A stretch of DNA of 64,000 nucleotides from Tubulanus polymorphus (Eukaryota; Animalia; Nemertea). Below are positions 45,276 through 58,345 of the stretch, one piece after another. Below the pieces are notes generated by a model. It saw nothing but the letters and a program-made list of their open reading frames with translations, was not told the origin of the DNA and ran no database searches. The position numbers and the translations under genes are program-made. The stretch's first letter is position 1. Each line of letters opens with the position of its first letter. The DNA is taken from NCBI RefSeq assembly GCF_964204645.1, contig NC_134026.1, forward strand, positions 18,944,150 through 19,008,149, read 5' to 3'.

Positions 45276-46417
45276 ACTCCTGACTCTAGTTCTCCCGAAC
45301 TGTCCTTCTCTCCGGTTCCCTCTCTCTAGTTCTCGTTCTCCCCGAATCTACTGAACTAACCCTTTTTATCCCCAGAATATCATCCCAAGTCTCAATCCCA
45401 TTCCATTGGTTAATTACTAAATAAACTCCCCAACATTCTATACAACTAAAATACTCTATAAATCTCTACAAGTAGAGAGATCACCACTCAAGACCATGGT
45501 TTTAACCAATGTTTATATAATAATAAGCCTAATGGATACTATGAATTGGAACAATGAAGCCTAAAGATGCCAGTTTAAAGGGTCTTGAATGTCGATCTAT
45601 GCTAAATGTTATAAAAACAGCAGATGTTCTGCCTTAAAGTTACATGAAAATATTTTACAAACAGCATTACTATTTAGCCAAAATAGCTAAATCGTAACAG
45701 GCGCTCGACTTCGCGGCGTGAAAATGTCTAAGCGGCGCGAAATTGTCTTTCAATGTCTGACGGCAACTAGATTCGCGGTAAATAAACAACAAAAATGCCC
45801 GTTACACATAATGAATAGATTATTTCCGCCAGCGTCGGTCGCATTACGTACTCCTGCGGTCATATGTAGTTCTCCAGAGGATCACGATATTTACACTGAT
45901 ATTACTCGACAAGCAAACAAACAGAGTGGATTTCCTCTAGGGATAAACGCTTTCACTGCGGTTACGTGCTTTCTCATTTTCTCGTCATAACAGAAAGAAG
46001 CGATTTATTTCTTCAAGAAATGATGGCGCCTTTGAGAGAAGTGTCAAGCGTGTAAGGAATAAATACGTGATTGTGTGATAAGTGGAAGCGAAAGGCATAG
46101 GCCTGGGGCGGATCCAGCGCCAAGTGCAGAGGCTGAACAAAAGGCTGATCTGCGACAACCGCGTGGGAAGGGGATAGGGGTGTGGTGTCCTCTCCCAAAA
46201 GGTATATTGCTTTTTGGTGCATTTCAAGGGTACGGAAATTACGAAAATTCCGTCACGAAATGTGACGTATATTGTCGACTTGACACGATTTATCGCAATA
46301 TTTCAACATAATTATGGCGACTTGTTGAATTGACACCGACAACTAGAGGCCCCTTATCGCTTCCGTAACGATATAAAATTAACACCGTATTAAATTTTAT
46401 ATGTGAATGAACATAAT

Positions 46418-46970
46418 ATGAGAGTTTGGCAACAAATCAGATCAGTGCCAAAATCAATTAAGTTTTCCTAAATTAAAGTCAATGAAATATAAACAAATTA
46501 TTATGACATATAACAAGGTAGATTACTATGGAGAGGGATGGCTACGTGATGTCCCCCTTATATCGGATAAATTGTCGCTGCATCCTGAAACTAGAAATGA
46601 TAGGCTTTCAAATTATATCAGTCGCAAAGTGCTAATATTCAGTCATATGGAATCCCTTTAAAGGGGCAATGTTCCTCCCCAAAACACAAAACAATGAGAG
46701 TTTGGCAACAAATCAGATCAGTGCCAAAATCAATAAAGTTTTCCTAAATTAAAGTCAATTAAATATAAACAAATTATTATGACATATAACAAGGTAGATT
46801 ACTATGGAGAGGGATGGCTACGTGATGTCCCCCTTATATCGGATAAATTGTCGCTACATCCTGAAACTAGAAATGATAGGCTTTCAAATTATATCAGTTG
46901 CAAAGTGCTAATATTCAGTCATATGGAATCCCTTTTAAGGGGCAATGTTCCTCCCCAAAACACAAAACAA
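46418..46970 (+). repeat. Tandem duplication, 2 x 276 bp
   Basis: ATGAGAGTTTGGCAAC at 46418 and 46694, near-identical units. Confidence 0.9.
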
Positions 46971-48207
46971 AAGGAAACACATAAAGATTGGAAAAAAATA
47001 GTTTCGCAACGCCAACAGTCTTAGTTGGTAACTGTAAGTAAATAGTATGCACATGGAACTACGTACCTTGCGGCACGGCCTTGTACATACGCATATCTCA
47101 CCCATCATGTATTCCTTACAAACTGTCATTTCTTTTTCTTTAAAAATAATGTAGTTGTTTCACCTAAAACTACATATATTCATGATATCCCCGCTCCGTG
47201 AGAAATGGAAAACGACGAGCTTTGTTTGAAGCAAAACACGAGCACGGGATAAAACAAATCGTTATAATTGCGCCATCTTCTGAACTTTCAAGCTTCGTCC
47301 ACTTTCATAAAATTTATCAATTGTCGCTTCTGTTCCTTATACATATAGTTTTATTTCTTGTCTCTTTGTTTTATACTGGGTACTTGCGACAGCGGCCTAA
47401 AGGCCCCGCACACAAGCTGAAAACTGCGCCATTTGCGTACGCAGTTTTCGGCTCGTGTGCGGGGGCCTTTAAAGGCTTTGCTTGGCCCACACAGGAATTT
47501 TGCATTTTCTTTCTCTTCTATACGAGTGACCGTGCTAACTAAAAAATTGTAAATGAATGTTGTTTTCTCCTTAATTCTCCTATTCATGCAATTTTGATAT
47601 AGCCTTTTATGCTTTCCGTGAAATAAATTTGAACTCGAACTTGAACTTGAGATTGAATTATGAGTAATAACCGTGGGATAGATAACACCGGTCGTTACAC
47701 GGGCGTTTAACTAGTTTAGTGCAGCGAAACTGAACAATCATAAGTACACACAAGCATTAGCAAAAATTCGCATAGATCAATCTTCGATATCAAAACCCGA
47801 TTAAATTATTGTCATGTAAACGATTTGCTTGACAATATAACTAATCATTTACTCGATAAACAACTGTATTTAATGAGAAACGATTTCGTATTTTTTTGTA
47901 AATCTTTTTCAATCTGCAAAGATTCTCATACAGGTAAGCTTTCACATCTCCTTGGTCGTGTTTTCGTATTTTGGCGAAAATTTCTTCATTCATATGGCCA
48001 GAACTGATCGAGCAGAAATTTCAGCAGGCGCTCCATTTCATTTTGACTAAGGTTTTTTCTTGTACAATTATTGTATCGCAACATTCTTCGAAATATGTTT
48101 TGTGAATCCTTTTGATTAGAGTGGTTAGTGCGTTTAACAATATGCCCGTGAATATAACATATAGCTGTTTTTTCACCAAATAGGTACGATTTTGATTTTG
48201 TAGAAGA

Positions 48208-48435
48208 ATGCGCGGGCTTTTCATTTTCACTTTTGTCGCGGTGTGCTTCGCTATTGCGCATTGTAAGAATTCTCCCGAATACATCGCAGAATGCAAGTCA
48301 CTTGCGTGCGGCCGTTGCAAGGACGTACAGGGATTTGAAATGGCAAAATGTCATCACTGGTGCGATGTAACCGATATAAGCTACGACTATTTGTGCTTGC
48401 AGTACAAAGAATTTTATGACAAATTATATCAGTAA
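48208..48435 (+). CDS. Secreted six-cysteine peptide, copy 1 (eclosion-hormone-like framework)
   Basis: Signal peptide plus C-x4-C-x2-C-x10-C-x3-C-x10-C; ttttgtag acceptor just upstream, AATAAA overlapping the stop; conserved in 4 copies. Confidence 0.85.
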   Translation: MRGLFIFTFVAVCFAIAHCKNSPEYIAECKSLACGRCKDVQGFEMAKCHHWCDVTDISYDYLCLQYKEFYDKLYQ

Positions 48436-49889
48436 TAAACGACAATTCGTGTGGGTATATATATATATTCTTTTCTACTTTCCTATTTTCATATTTTCGT
48501 CTCAACATCCTTTCTCGTCTCATCTTTCGAAATGGTAGATTCTTGTTCGTTTCAGCAGCCAAACAAAATCTGATTTGTTCATATTCAGTTCCACGCAACA
48601 CCATACATACAGGCGTATTACAGATTGAAATGAAATAAATAACGAAAAGAAAATACGTATCGTACGTAATAAGTCCTTTTACTAAATAAGAGAATTGTCG
48701 TTCTTATGATATATATAACCCGTTCTAATAATATTTAATTCTTATATATACAATCACTCACACTATGATTAACTAGTTAATACATCTATAAGATATAGAT
48801 GTTAATTAGGTGAAGCATTGTGAGAGCAGCAAAAGTTGTACTTACAACGGCGTTAGTCTTACAACCGTCTCGTGCAGCCACTAAACCCGACAAAATTCAG
48901 ACTGGCAAATTATGCTTATACAATCCCTGCAAAACCTTCAAATTGTACATTCTAGGATCACAATTTAATTTTCTAACCTTTTGCAACCAAAAGCGAAGGT
49001 GCCGACGAGGCGCTACATGGTTTGGCGATACAGAGCCCCACAACTTTTAGTTACAGGCTCGTGCTTATCGTAGCTAGATTCCAACATTTGGTCTAAATTC
49101 CAACAATATCTCTCATCCCTCAAATTATGTTTTAAATATGCACATCAATCATTAAAACAGAGGTTCATATCTACCTTAAAACGATATACTTCAAAAACGT
49201 TTGTTATCAAGAATTTAGTAAGTGGATTCCTACAATGTTTACATGGACTCTTAAACGTTTTAGTCCATGGTTAAACCCACAAACCAGTGCCACTCTGTCC
49301 CAGCCACAGGATGGGCTGTACATTCACAGAATCAAAAAGGCAGAATCTGAAAAAAATAAACTGTTCATTTGTGGACTAAATCTTTTCTCGGTGTATGCGT
49401 TTTTCTTAGTCTCATTTTCAAGATGTTAGATTTTCTAAAGTTCAGTTGCTTACAAAGTATGTACAATATAAATGCGTGTGTATGGGAATAGACCAATAAA
49501 CCGAGATCCTTTTATTACACAATCCTCTGGTACCTTGTGTGGCTGACCTTCAGAAGATTCAAGAGTATTGAGCTTTCAATAGAAATCCACGAGTGTCTGG
49601 TTATTCGTATATTATTTTCAAATTTTCAAAAATAATGTGAACCACGAGCGACCGTGTGCGTAACCGTCCATTTCAAGTGAATTCATCTTCACCAAACTCA
49701 TCAAATGAAAATGGCCAATGGAATGAGCGTCCTCATTCACTTCAGAACGAATTCCCTGGGTAATTCATCGGCGACATCAGCTCTCGAAGGAGGAATCGAA
49801 AATAAACAAGAGGAGATAAGAATCTTAAACCCCTAGTATCATAAGTTTTGAACAATGATTGATTTGCAATAAACCGTTTTACGGTTGGT

Positions 49890-50132
49890 GAGACGAGAAG
49901 ATACACAATATCTGTGTATGATTATAACGAGAGAAATCCCACAATAAATTCAGCCAAAACGAAAAACTTGAGTAGAAGAGTATATATATTTGCGCAACGT
50001 TTCGGCTAAAGACTATTCGCCATCATCAGGCGTACTGATGATGGCTAATAGTCTAGCCGAAACGTTGCGCAAATTTATATACTCTTCTACTCAAAATTCT
50101 CGTTTTGGCTGAATTTATTGTGGGATTTCTCT
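49890..50132. mobile_element. Penelope-like inverted pseudo-LTR insertion with hammerhead ribozyme cores
   Basis: ~100-bp-arm palindrome; 15-bp TSD CGTTTTACGGTTGGT (49875-49889 and 50133-50147); absent from the paralogous segment near 53340. Confidence 0.75.
50030..50070 (+). ncRNA. Minimal hammerhead ribozyme motif, mirrored on the - strand at ~49991-50029
   Basis: CTGATGA-T-GGCTA(ATAGTC)TAGCC-GAAAC-GTT; palindromic minimal stem III. Confidence 0.6.
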
Positions 50133-50989
50133 CGTTTTACGGTTGGTAGTCGCCATTATGTTGGGATGTTTTTCTCAAGTATTGTTGGGTCGTTTTGTAT
50201 ATGCTAAAAACTGTTAATCAGATGCGTGGTTTATCTACTATATTTCACCGGTCCAATGATGGATTTTGAACATTTGGCGACTCACTGCGACGCGACCGCC
50301 AGCGACGATCACGAAGCAAGAAAGATATTTATATACTCAAATACAAATTGATGAATGTTTAAAATCGGTAACTCGAAAAGTGATGCACTGACATTGAATG
50401 TAATTGATAATTTATTAAGCGGCCAAGAACTGGATATAGGGACAATATTCAAATACTCTATGTATAACGTATATTACTAGAGAGAGGATGCATAATTGAC
50501 TAGATCTTGAACAAATTCTAACAAAGCAATTTCTTTTTTCGCTAGTGTCGGTGAAAATTTTGAATGAAGATTTTTAGATTAAACTTTTATTCTCCCGGCT
50601 ATGATAGTATAAGGAGGTTCATACAATATACATGTATATATACCAAAATATCAAAACATACAATAAGAAATAAATTGTTTCGCAGTTATTCAAAGGAATC
50701 AATAATTATGTGTTTTTCATTTACAATAAATAGGCTGTAAAGAGAATCAATTTATATATATTTACAATGAATAGTCTAGCAAAAACAAACATATAACACC
50801 AACAGTTTCTAGGTACATAGCAAAATTTGAATCAATGATATGTACAAATAAATGAAACCAAGTAGCCTAGCCAGATTTAAATGACTTGGACGTTAAAGGA
50901 CAAGTATCATCAATGGAGGTTCATACAAAATATTTTCTATATTATCAGTGAGGATATAACAGTCACGCTAGTTTCAAATTTTAATCAAT

Positions 50990-51215
50990 TTATATATATA
51001 TATATCACACTTGGAAAAAAATCGTATAAGGCGATGTTCTAAATCACCATCAGTGGTATTTACCAAGGCCTTGTATTTCAGAACATTTGGCGAACGCCAG
51101 AAAAAAGAGGGAATGCGTAACTTGCGTCCTTTTCGTAATAAATTGCATTCGAGTAAAACTTGGAATTCATCACCTATTTCTGCTATACCATATTTGTTGC
51201 AAGGTTTATCAACAT
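50990..51215 (-). mobile_element. 3' end fragment of a non-LTR retrotransposon ORF2 (C-terminal zinc-finger region)
   Basis: C..IGDEFQVLLEC..LR..R...P..LKY motif; duplicated in inverted orientation at ~55950-56170. Confidence 0.55.
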
Positions 51216-51665
51216 TCGCATAGATCAATCTTCGATATCAAAACCCGATTAGATTATTGTCATGTAAACGATTTGCTTGACGATATAACTAATCATTAAA
51301 TCTATAAACAACTGTATTTATTGAGAGGCGATTTCGTATTTTTTGTTATTCTTTTTCAATCTGCACAGGTACTCGTCAATCTCGTACAGGTAAGTTTTCA
51401 CATCTCCTTGGTCGAGTTTTCGTATTTTGGCGAAAATTTCTTCATTCGTATGGCCAGAATTGATCGAGCAGAAATTTCAGCAGGCGCTCCATTTCATTTT
51501 GACTAAGGTTTCTTCTTGTACAATTATTGTATCGCAAAATTCTTCGAAATATGTTTTGTGAATCCTTTTGATTAGAGTGGTTAGTGCGTTTAACAATATG
51601 CCCGTGAATATAACATATAGCTGTTTTTTCGACAAAAGTTGCTATGATTTTGATTTTGTAGAAGA

Positions 51666-51893
51666 ATGCGAGGGCTTTTCATTTTCACTTTTATCGCGGT
51701 ATGCTTCGCCATTGCGCATTGTAAGAATTCTCCCGAATACATCGCAGAATGCAAGTCACTTGCGTGCGGCGGTTGCAAGAACGTACCGGGATTTGAAATG
51801 GATAAATGTCATCACTGGTGCGATGTTACCGATATAAGCTACGACTATTTTTGTTCGCAGTACAAAGAATTTTATGACAAATTATATGAGTAA
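51666..51893 (+). CDS. Secreted six-cysteine peptide, copy 2
   Basis: 75 aa, same framework and splice acceptor as copy 1. Confidence 0.85.
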   Translation: MRGLFIFTFIAVCFAIAHCKNSPEYIAECKSLACGGCKNVPGFEMDKCHHWCDVTDISYDYFCSQYKEFYDKLYE

Positions 51894-54487
51894 TAAACGA
51901 CAATTCGTGTGGGTATATATATTCTTTTCTACTTTCCTATTTTCATATTTTCGTCTCAACATCCTTTCTCGTCTCATCTTTCGAAATGGTAGATTCTTGT
52001 TCGTTTCAGCAGCCAAACAAAATCTGATTTGTTCATATTCAGTTCCACGCAACACCATACATACAGGCGTATTACAGATTGAAATGAAATAAATAACGAA
52101 AAGAAAATACGTATCGTACGTAATAAGTCCTTTTACTAAATAAGAGAATTATCGTTCTTATGATATATATAACCCGTTCTAATAATATTTAATTCTTATA
52201 TAAATATACAATCGCTCACACTATGATTAACTAGTTAATACATCTATAAGATATAGATGTTAATTAGGTGAAGCATTGTGAGAGCAGCAAAAGTTGTACT
52301 TACAACAGCGTTAGTCTTACAACCGTCTCGTGCAGCCACTAAACCCGACAAAATTCAGACTTGTAAATTAAGCTTATACGATCCCTGCAAAACCTTCAAA
52401 TTGTACATTCTAGGATCACAATTTAATTTTCTAACCTCTTGCAACCAAAAGCGAAGGTGCCGACGAGGCGCTACATGGTTTGGCGATACAGAGCCCCACA
52501 ACTTTTAGTTACAGGCTCGTGTTTATCGTAGCTAGATTCCAACATTTGGTCTAAATTCCAACAATATCTCTCATCCCTCAAATTATGTTTTAACTATGCA
52601 CATCAATCATTAAAACAGAGGTTCATATCTACCTTAAAACGATATACTTCAAAAACGTTTGTTATCAAGAATTTAGTGAGTGGATTCCTACAATGATTAC
52701 ATGGACTCTAAAACGTTTCAGTCCATGGTTAAACCCACAAACCAGTGCCACTCTGTCCCAGCCACAGGATGGGCTGTGCATTCACAGAACCAAACAGTCA
52801 GAATCTGAAAAATAAACTGCTCGTTTGTGGACTAAATCTTTTTTCGGTGCATTCGTTTTTCTTAGTCTCATTTTCAAGATGTTAGATTTTCTAAAATTCA
52901 GATGCTTACAAGGTATTTACAATATAAATGCGTGTGTATGGGAATAGACCAATAAACCGAGAGCCCTTTATTACACAATCGTCTGGTACCTTGTGTGGCT
53001 AACCTTCAGAAGATTCAAGAGTATTTTAGCATTCAGTAGAAATCCACGAGTGCCTGGTTATTCGTATATTATTTTCAAATTTTCAAAAATAATGTGAACC
53101 ACGAGCGACCGTGTGCGTAACCGTCCATTTCAAGTGAATTCATCTTCACCAAACTCATCAAATGAAAATGGCCAATGGAATGAGCGTCCTCATTCACTTC
53201 AGAACGAATTCCCTGGGTAATTCATCGGCGACATCAGCTCTCGAAGGAGGAATCGAAAATAAACAAGAGGAGATAAGAATATTAAACCCCTAGTAGCATA
53301 AGTTTTGAACAATGATTGATTTGCAATAAACCGTTTTAAGGTTGGTAGCCGTCATTACGTTGGGATGCTTTCTCAAGCATTGTTGGGTCGTTTTCTATAT
53401 GCTAAAAACTGTTAATCAGATGCGTGGTTTATTTACTATATTTCACCGGTCCAATGGTGGATTTTGACAACTTTGGCGACTCACTGCGATGCGATTCACT
53501 GCGACCGCCAGCGACGATCGCGTCGAGTCGCAAGGTCGCCCTACGCCAGGCTTAACGCTGAATGTTGATTGTTGTATGTTTGTTACTAATAGTACCGGTA
53601 GTGCAATGGATTCATCACTGTCAATATAGTACTACAATGGTTTGCATGGCACTTGTACACAAAGACATTTCAGGATCTGCACATAAACGGCCTTTCAAGT
53701 GAAATCGAAAATCTAGCGATATTAAGCCGAGTTCTTATTCTATGGCTGTATTATTGCATTGTTATTCCAAATTTCAGCGCTATTTTCCAATGTGTGAATA
53801 CTGTCGGGCGTCATTTTACTCAAGAGACATATCTCTTTGGAAATTTTAGATTATTACCGGCCAGTTCGGCACTCGGCGAACGAGTGCCGTTTTAATAATC
53901 ATGCGTTCGGTATTGCGTGGGAAAAGGATGTTACCGTAAATACGATGGGGCACGAAGCAACTAAGATATTTATATACTCAAAAACAGTTTGATGAATGTT
54001 TAAAATCGGTAACTCGAAAAGTGATGCACTGACATTGAATGTAATTAATAATTTATTAATGGCCAAAAACTGGATATAGGGACAATATTCAAATACTCTA
54101 TGTATAACGTATATTACTAGAAAGAGGATGCAGTGACTACTGTCTGTCACTGCTATCCGTCCGTAATTTCGTTAATAATCGGTTTATCTCTACATATTAT
54201 GCATCAGTTTGTTCAGTAAGGAATTTGCATTCAGAAATAAATCATGAAGTGGCATAGATTTGTTTGTATTTTCATCGAAATTACGGACCAGACAGTAGAT
54301 CTTGAACGAATTCTAGCAAAGCAATTTCTTTTTTCGCTAGTGTCGGTGAAAATCTGATTTTTTCTCATCTCAATCTAATTTTGATCGGGTTTTTTAGATT
54401 TTAGATTTTCAAACTTTTATTCTCCCGGCTATGATAGTATAAGGAGGTTCATACAATATACATGTATATATACCAAAATATCAAATT

Positions 54488-56390
54488 GTAATCATTGTTG
54501 AAATCCACCCACTAAATCCTTGATAACAAACATCTTTCAAGTATATCGTTTTAAGGTAGATAAGTACCTCTGTTTTAATGATTGATGTGCATATTTGAGG
54601 GATGACAGATATTGTTTGAATTTAGGCCAAATGTTGGAACCTAGCTACGATAAGCACGTGCCTGTAACTAAAAGTTGTGGGGCTCTGTATCGCCAAACCA
54701 TGTAGCGCCTCGTCGGCACCTTCGCTTTTGGTTGCAAGGGGTTAGAAAATTAAATTGTGATCCTAGAATATACAATTTGAAGGTTTTGCAGGGATCGTAT
54801 AAGCTTAATTTGCCAGTCTGAATGTTGTCGGGTTTAGTGGCTGCACGAGACGGTTGTAAGACTAACGCCGTTGTAAGTACAACTTTTGCTGCTCTCACAA
54901 TGCTTCACCTAAACATCCATATCATATAGATGTATAAACTAGTTTATCATAGTGTGAGTGATTGTATATTATAAGAATTATATATTATTAGAACGGATTA
55001 TATATATTATAAGAACGACAATTCTCTTATTAGTAAAAGGACTTATTACGTACGATACGTATTTTCTTTTCGTTATTTATTTCATTTCAATCTGTAATAT
55101 GCCTGTATGTATGGTGTTGCGTGGAACTGAATATGAAATAATCAGATTTTGTTTGGCTGCTGAAATGAACAAGAATCTACCATTTGGAAATATGAGACGA
55201 GAAAGGAAGTTGAGAAGAAAATATGAATTTAGGAAAGTAGAAAAGAATATATATACCCACAAGAATTCTCGTTTATTACTCATATAATTTGTCATAAAAT
55301 TCTTTGTACTGCGAACAAAAATAGTCGTAGCTTATATCGGTAACATCGCACCAGTGATGACATTTATCCATTTCAAATCCCGGTACGTCCTTGCAACGAC
55401 CGCACGCATGTGACTTGCATTCTGCGATGTATTCGGGAGAATTCTTACAATGCGCAATGGCGAAGCATACCGCGACAAAAGTGAAAAGGAAAAGCCCGCG
55501 CATTCTTCTACAAAATCAAAATCATAGCAACTTTTGTTGAAAAAACAGCTATATGTTATATTCACGGGCATATTGTTAAACGCACTAACCACTCTAATCA
55601 AAAGGATTCACAAAACATATTTCGAAGAATGTTGCGATACAATAATTGTACAAGAAAAAACCTTAGTCAAAATGAAATGGAGCACCTGCTGAAATTTCTG
55701 CTCGATCAATTCTGGCCATATACGCCAAAATTTTCGCCAAAATACGACCAAGGAGATGTGAAAACTTACCTGTACGAGATTGACGAGTACCTGTGCAGAT
55801 TGAAAAAGAATAACAAAAAATACGAAATCGCCTCTCAATAAATACAGTTGTTTATAGATTTAATGATTAGTTATATCGTCAAGCAAATCGTTTACATGAC
55901 AATAATCTAATCGGGTTTTGATATCGAAGATTGATCTATGCGAATTTTGATAAACCTTGCAACAAATATGGTATAGCAGAAATAGGTGATGAATTCCATG
56001 TTTTACTCGAATGCAATTCATTACGAAAAGAACGCAAGTTACACATTCCCTTTTTTTCTGGCGTTCGCCAAATGTTCTGAAATACAAGGCTTTGGTAAAT
56101 ACCACTGATGGTGATTTAAAACATCGCCTTATACGATTTTTGTCCAAGTGTGATATATAAAAATTGATTAAAATTTGAAACTAGCGTGACTGTTATATCC
56201 TCAGTGATAATATGGAAAATAGTTTGTATGAACCTCCATTGAAGATACTTGTCCTTTAACGTCCAAGTCATTTGGATCTGGCTAGGCTAGTTAGTTACAT
56301 TTATTTGTACATATCACTGATTCAAATTATGCTTTGTAATTAGAAACTGTTTGTGTTATTTGTTTGTTTTTGCTAGACTAATCATTGTAT
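54488..56390 (-). repeat. Inverted segmental duplication carrying peptide gene 3
   Basis: Reverse complement of ~50770-52700. Confidence 0.85.
55276..55503 (-). CDS. Secreted six-cysteine peptide, copy 3
   Basis: 75 aa, same framework. Confidence 0.85.
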   Translation of the reverse strand: MRGLFLFTFVAVCFAIAHCKNSPEYIAECKSHACGRCKDVPGFEMDKCHHWCDVTDISYDYFCSQYKEFYDKLYE

Positions 56391-56539
56391 ATACCAAAAT
56401 ATCAAAACATACAATGATTTATCATGTTATCTTTATCGTTTACATCCCTGAGCGATTTTTGAATGAATTGGTCCTGCAGTGTTCTCTTGACCGTTTTAGT
56501 CAACCAGGAGACGTTCACTGGGTTCTGGTTAATGAAAAT

Positions 56540-56980
56540 ATAGCTTAGGCCACATTCATTTAGAACTTTCTGAACGGTTCTGACCGTGTAGATGAGTTAT
56601 TATGTTTATTTCGCACATTATTTTACTTATTTTACTTGGATTTAGATCGTTTAGAAGTCTGCACCAATAATTATCCATTTTAGTTTTCATCAGAATTTCT
56701 ACAGGAAATCTGCCAGTCTCACCATAGACAATTGCAGATGGTGTTGTTTTCTTCAGCCCTAGTGCAGTCTTTGGAAATTTTAGATGTAAGGTCTCAATAA
56801 TTTTGAAATCCTCATACCCCCATACCTCAGAACCGTACAATAGAACTGGCAGAACAGTGGAATCAAAAAGACCCAACTGTATATCTATGGGTAGATCCAA
56901 ACTTCGGTATTTGTTAATTAAGCCAAACATCACCCTCCGGGCTTGGCCAGAAGTTCTTTTCTGGCTTTGAGGAAGTTGCG
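56540..56980 (-). mobile_element. Non-LTR retrotransposon ORF2 fragment (region after RT)
   Basis: LFDSTVLPVLLYGSEVWG...LHLKF.K..LGLKKTTP...VYGETGRFP. Confidence 0.75.
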
Positions 56981-56981
56981 T

Positions 56982-57012
56982 ACGAATACGAATACGAATA
57001 CGAATACGAATA
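56982..57012. repeat. (ACGAAT)n microsatellite, probable 3' tail of a minus-strand retroelement
   Basis: About 5 units, immediately preceded on the minus strand by AATAAA. Confidence 0.6.
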
Positions 57013-57880
57013 TTTATTACACTCCAACCATTTCCATGGTATATGGAGGAAAAACAGTATTTACAATAATTACATAAACGATAATGAAAGCTACAAAACT
57101 TAATTAACTGGTCTCACACTTATGTACATAATATACTATTTACTATTTACAATACATATATTTACAATACATATACTACCGGAGGGATTTATATACATCT
57201 AGACCTATTTTGATGAATTTTGCGTCTGATATCTCAGTGGCGCCATCTGACGGAGTAGCTGGTGTGCCGTTCCCAAACAGATAACCCTATCAAATAAACA
57301 CAGGCTTAATCCCTGATAGGTGATTTTGTTGAATTCATCGTTATTTCCGCTTCGGGAATTTCATTTTTAGCAATTGTTACGCGTATTTCCAAAAACACTG
57401 GACTACGATTTACGTCATCACAATAATTTCTTCTTGTCCATCAGGAACTAGTTGCCATGTCGTACATTGAAACCAGTTGTGTTACAATTTTTCACACGTC
57501 ATCTCATGCCAGGCTTGTTTCGTATCTCGTGTTAACCCCGCAGAAGTCTCATTACATAAGAAAAAACCGTGTGATGGATGTTTTAATCCGGCATTTGCTG
57601 CCTGCATTATAAACCTCGAGAGATAACAGTCCATACAACGAGGAAGAGAAACGAGGGAAAAGAATAAATTCATCCCACCCCAGGCTGTGACTAAGCTTCA
57701 AGTGACTCCATATGCAATTGAAGCCTTGAAAATGACTTGTATCTGCTTGCTCTATGCGATAAATTATGTGACGCATTAATTTCGTTAGTAATCATTTTAG
57801 AATGTAGAAGGATTTTCCTGATCGAAAGGATGTAACAATTTTATAACTCTAAAAGCAGTTTCAGCGAAAACACAGAAATC

Positions 57881-58345
57881 TATGGTGGATGATAAGGGCT
57901 ATAACGTAAAACTCCTGGCATGCAGAAAACTCCTCGGCCAGAACACCAGGACGCAAAAACGAAACAAATGTCAAATTCCCTTTTAAGAGTCCGTTTTGGC
58001 ACGCCAAAACAAATATTTTCCGACACTTTTCAAACATTGTGGTGTCCCACCAATACGAAAGTTTTCGTGGGGCGCCAAAAAGGAAGGAAATTGAGGACCT
58101 TTTCTGATTTATGCTGTCGGCAGAGATCAAATTTCCTGTCCTGTTACCGCCTTACGAATATATTTTGATGGAAATTTATTTTTCACAGTGGAAATTATTT
58201 TTACTCACGAAATATTTTTCGATGGAAATTTATTTTTCATGAAATTATTCTGACTCACGAAATAATTTTTGATGGAAATTTATTTTTCATGACGAAATAA
58301 TTTTTTCGTCAGGAAATATTTTCATGGCCCTTATCAGCCACCATA
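57881..58345. mobile_element. MITE with 19-bp TIRs and internal ~50-bp tandem repeats
   Basis: TATGGTGGATGATAAGGGC ... GCCCTTATCAGCCACCATA; GATGGAAATTT repeats at 58167-58290. Confidence 0.6.

Larger units (their letters stand above)
47767..53520 (+). repeat. Direct segmental duplication carrying peptide genes 1 and 2
   Basis: 47767-~50310 is similar to 51216-~53520; ATGs 3458 bp apart. Confidence 0.85.

Noticed and set aside
44408-45329. ORFs with PWPFF repeats, and the LPP-repeat ORF at 22349-22570
   Set aside because: Translations of 15-bp MITE subterminal repeats.
48820-49050. 76-aa ORF repeated at 52278 and 54668
   Set aside because: GTG start, lies within recently duplicated flanks, not seen near the divergent copy 4; no independent coding evidence.
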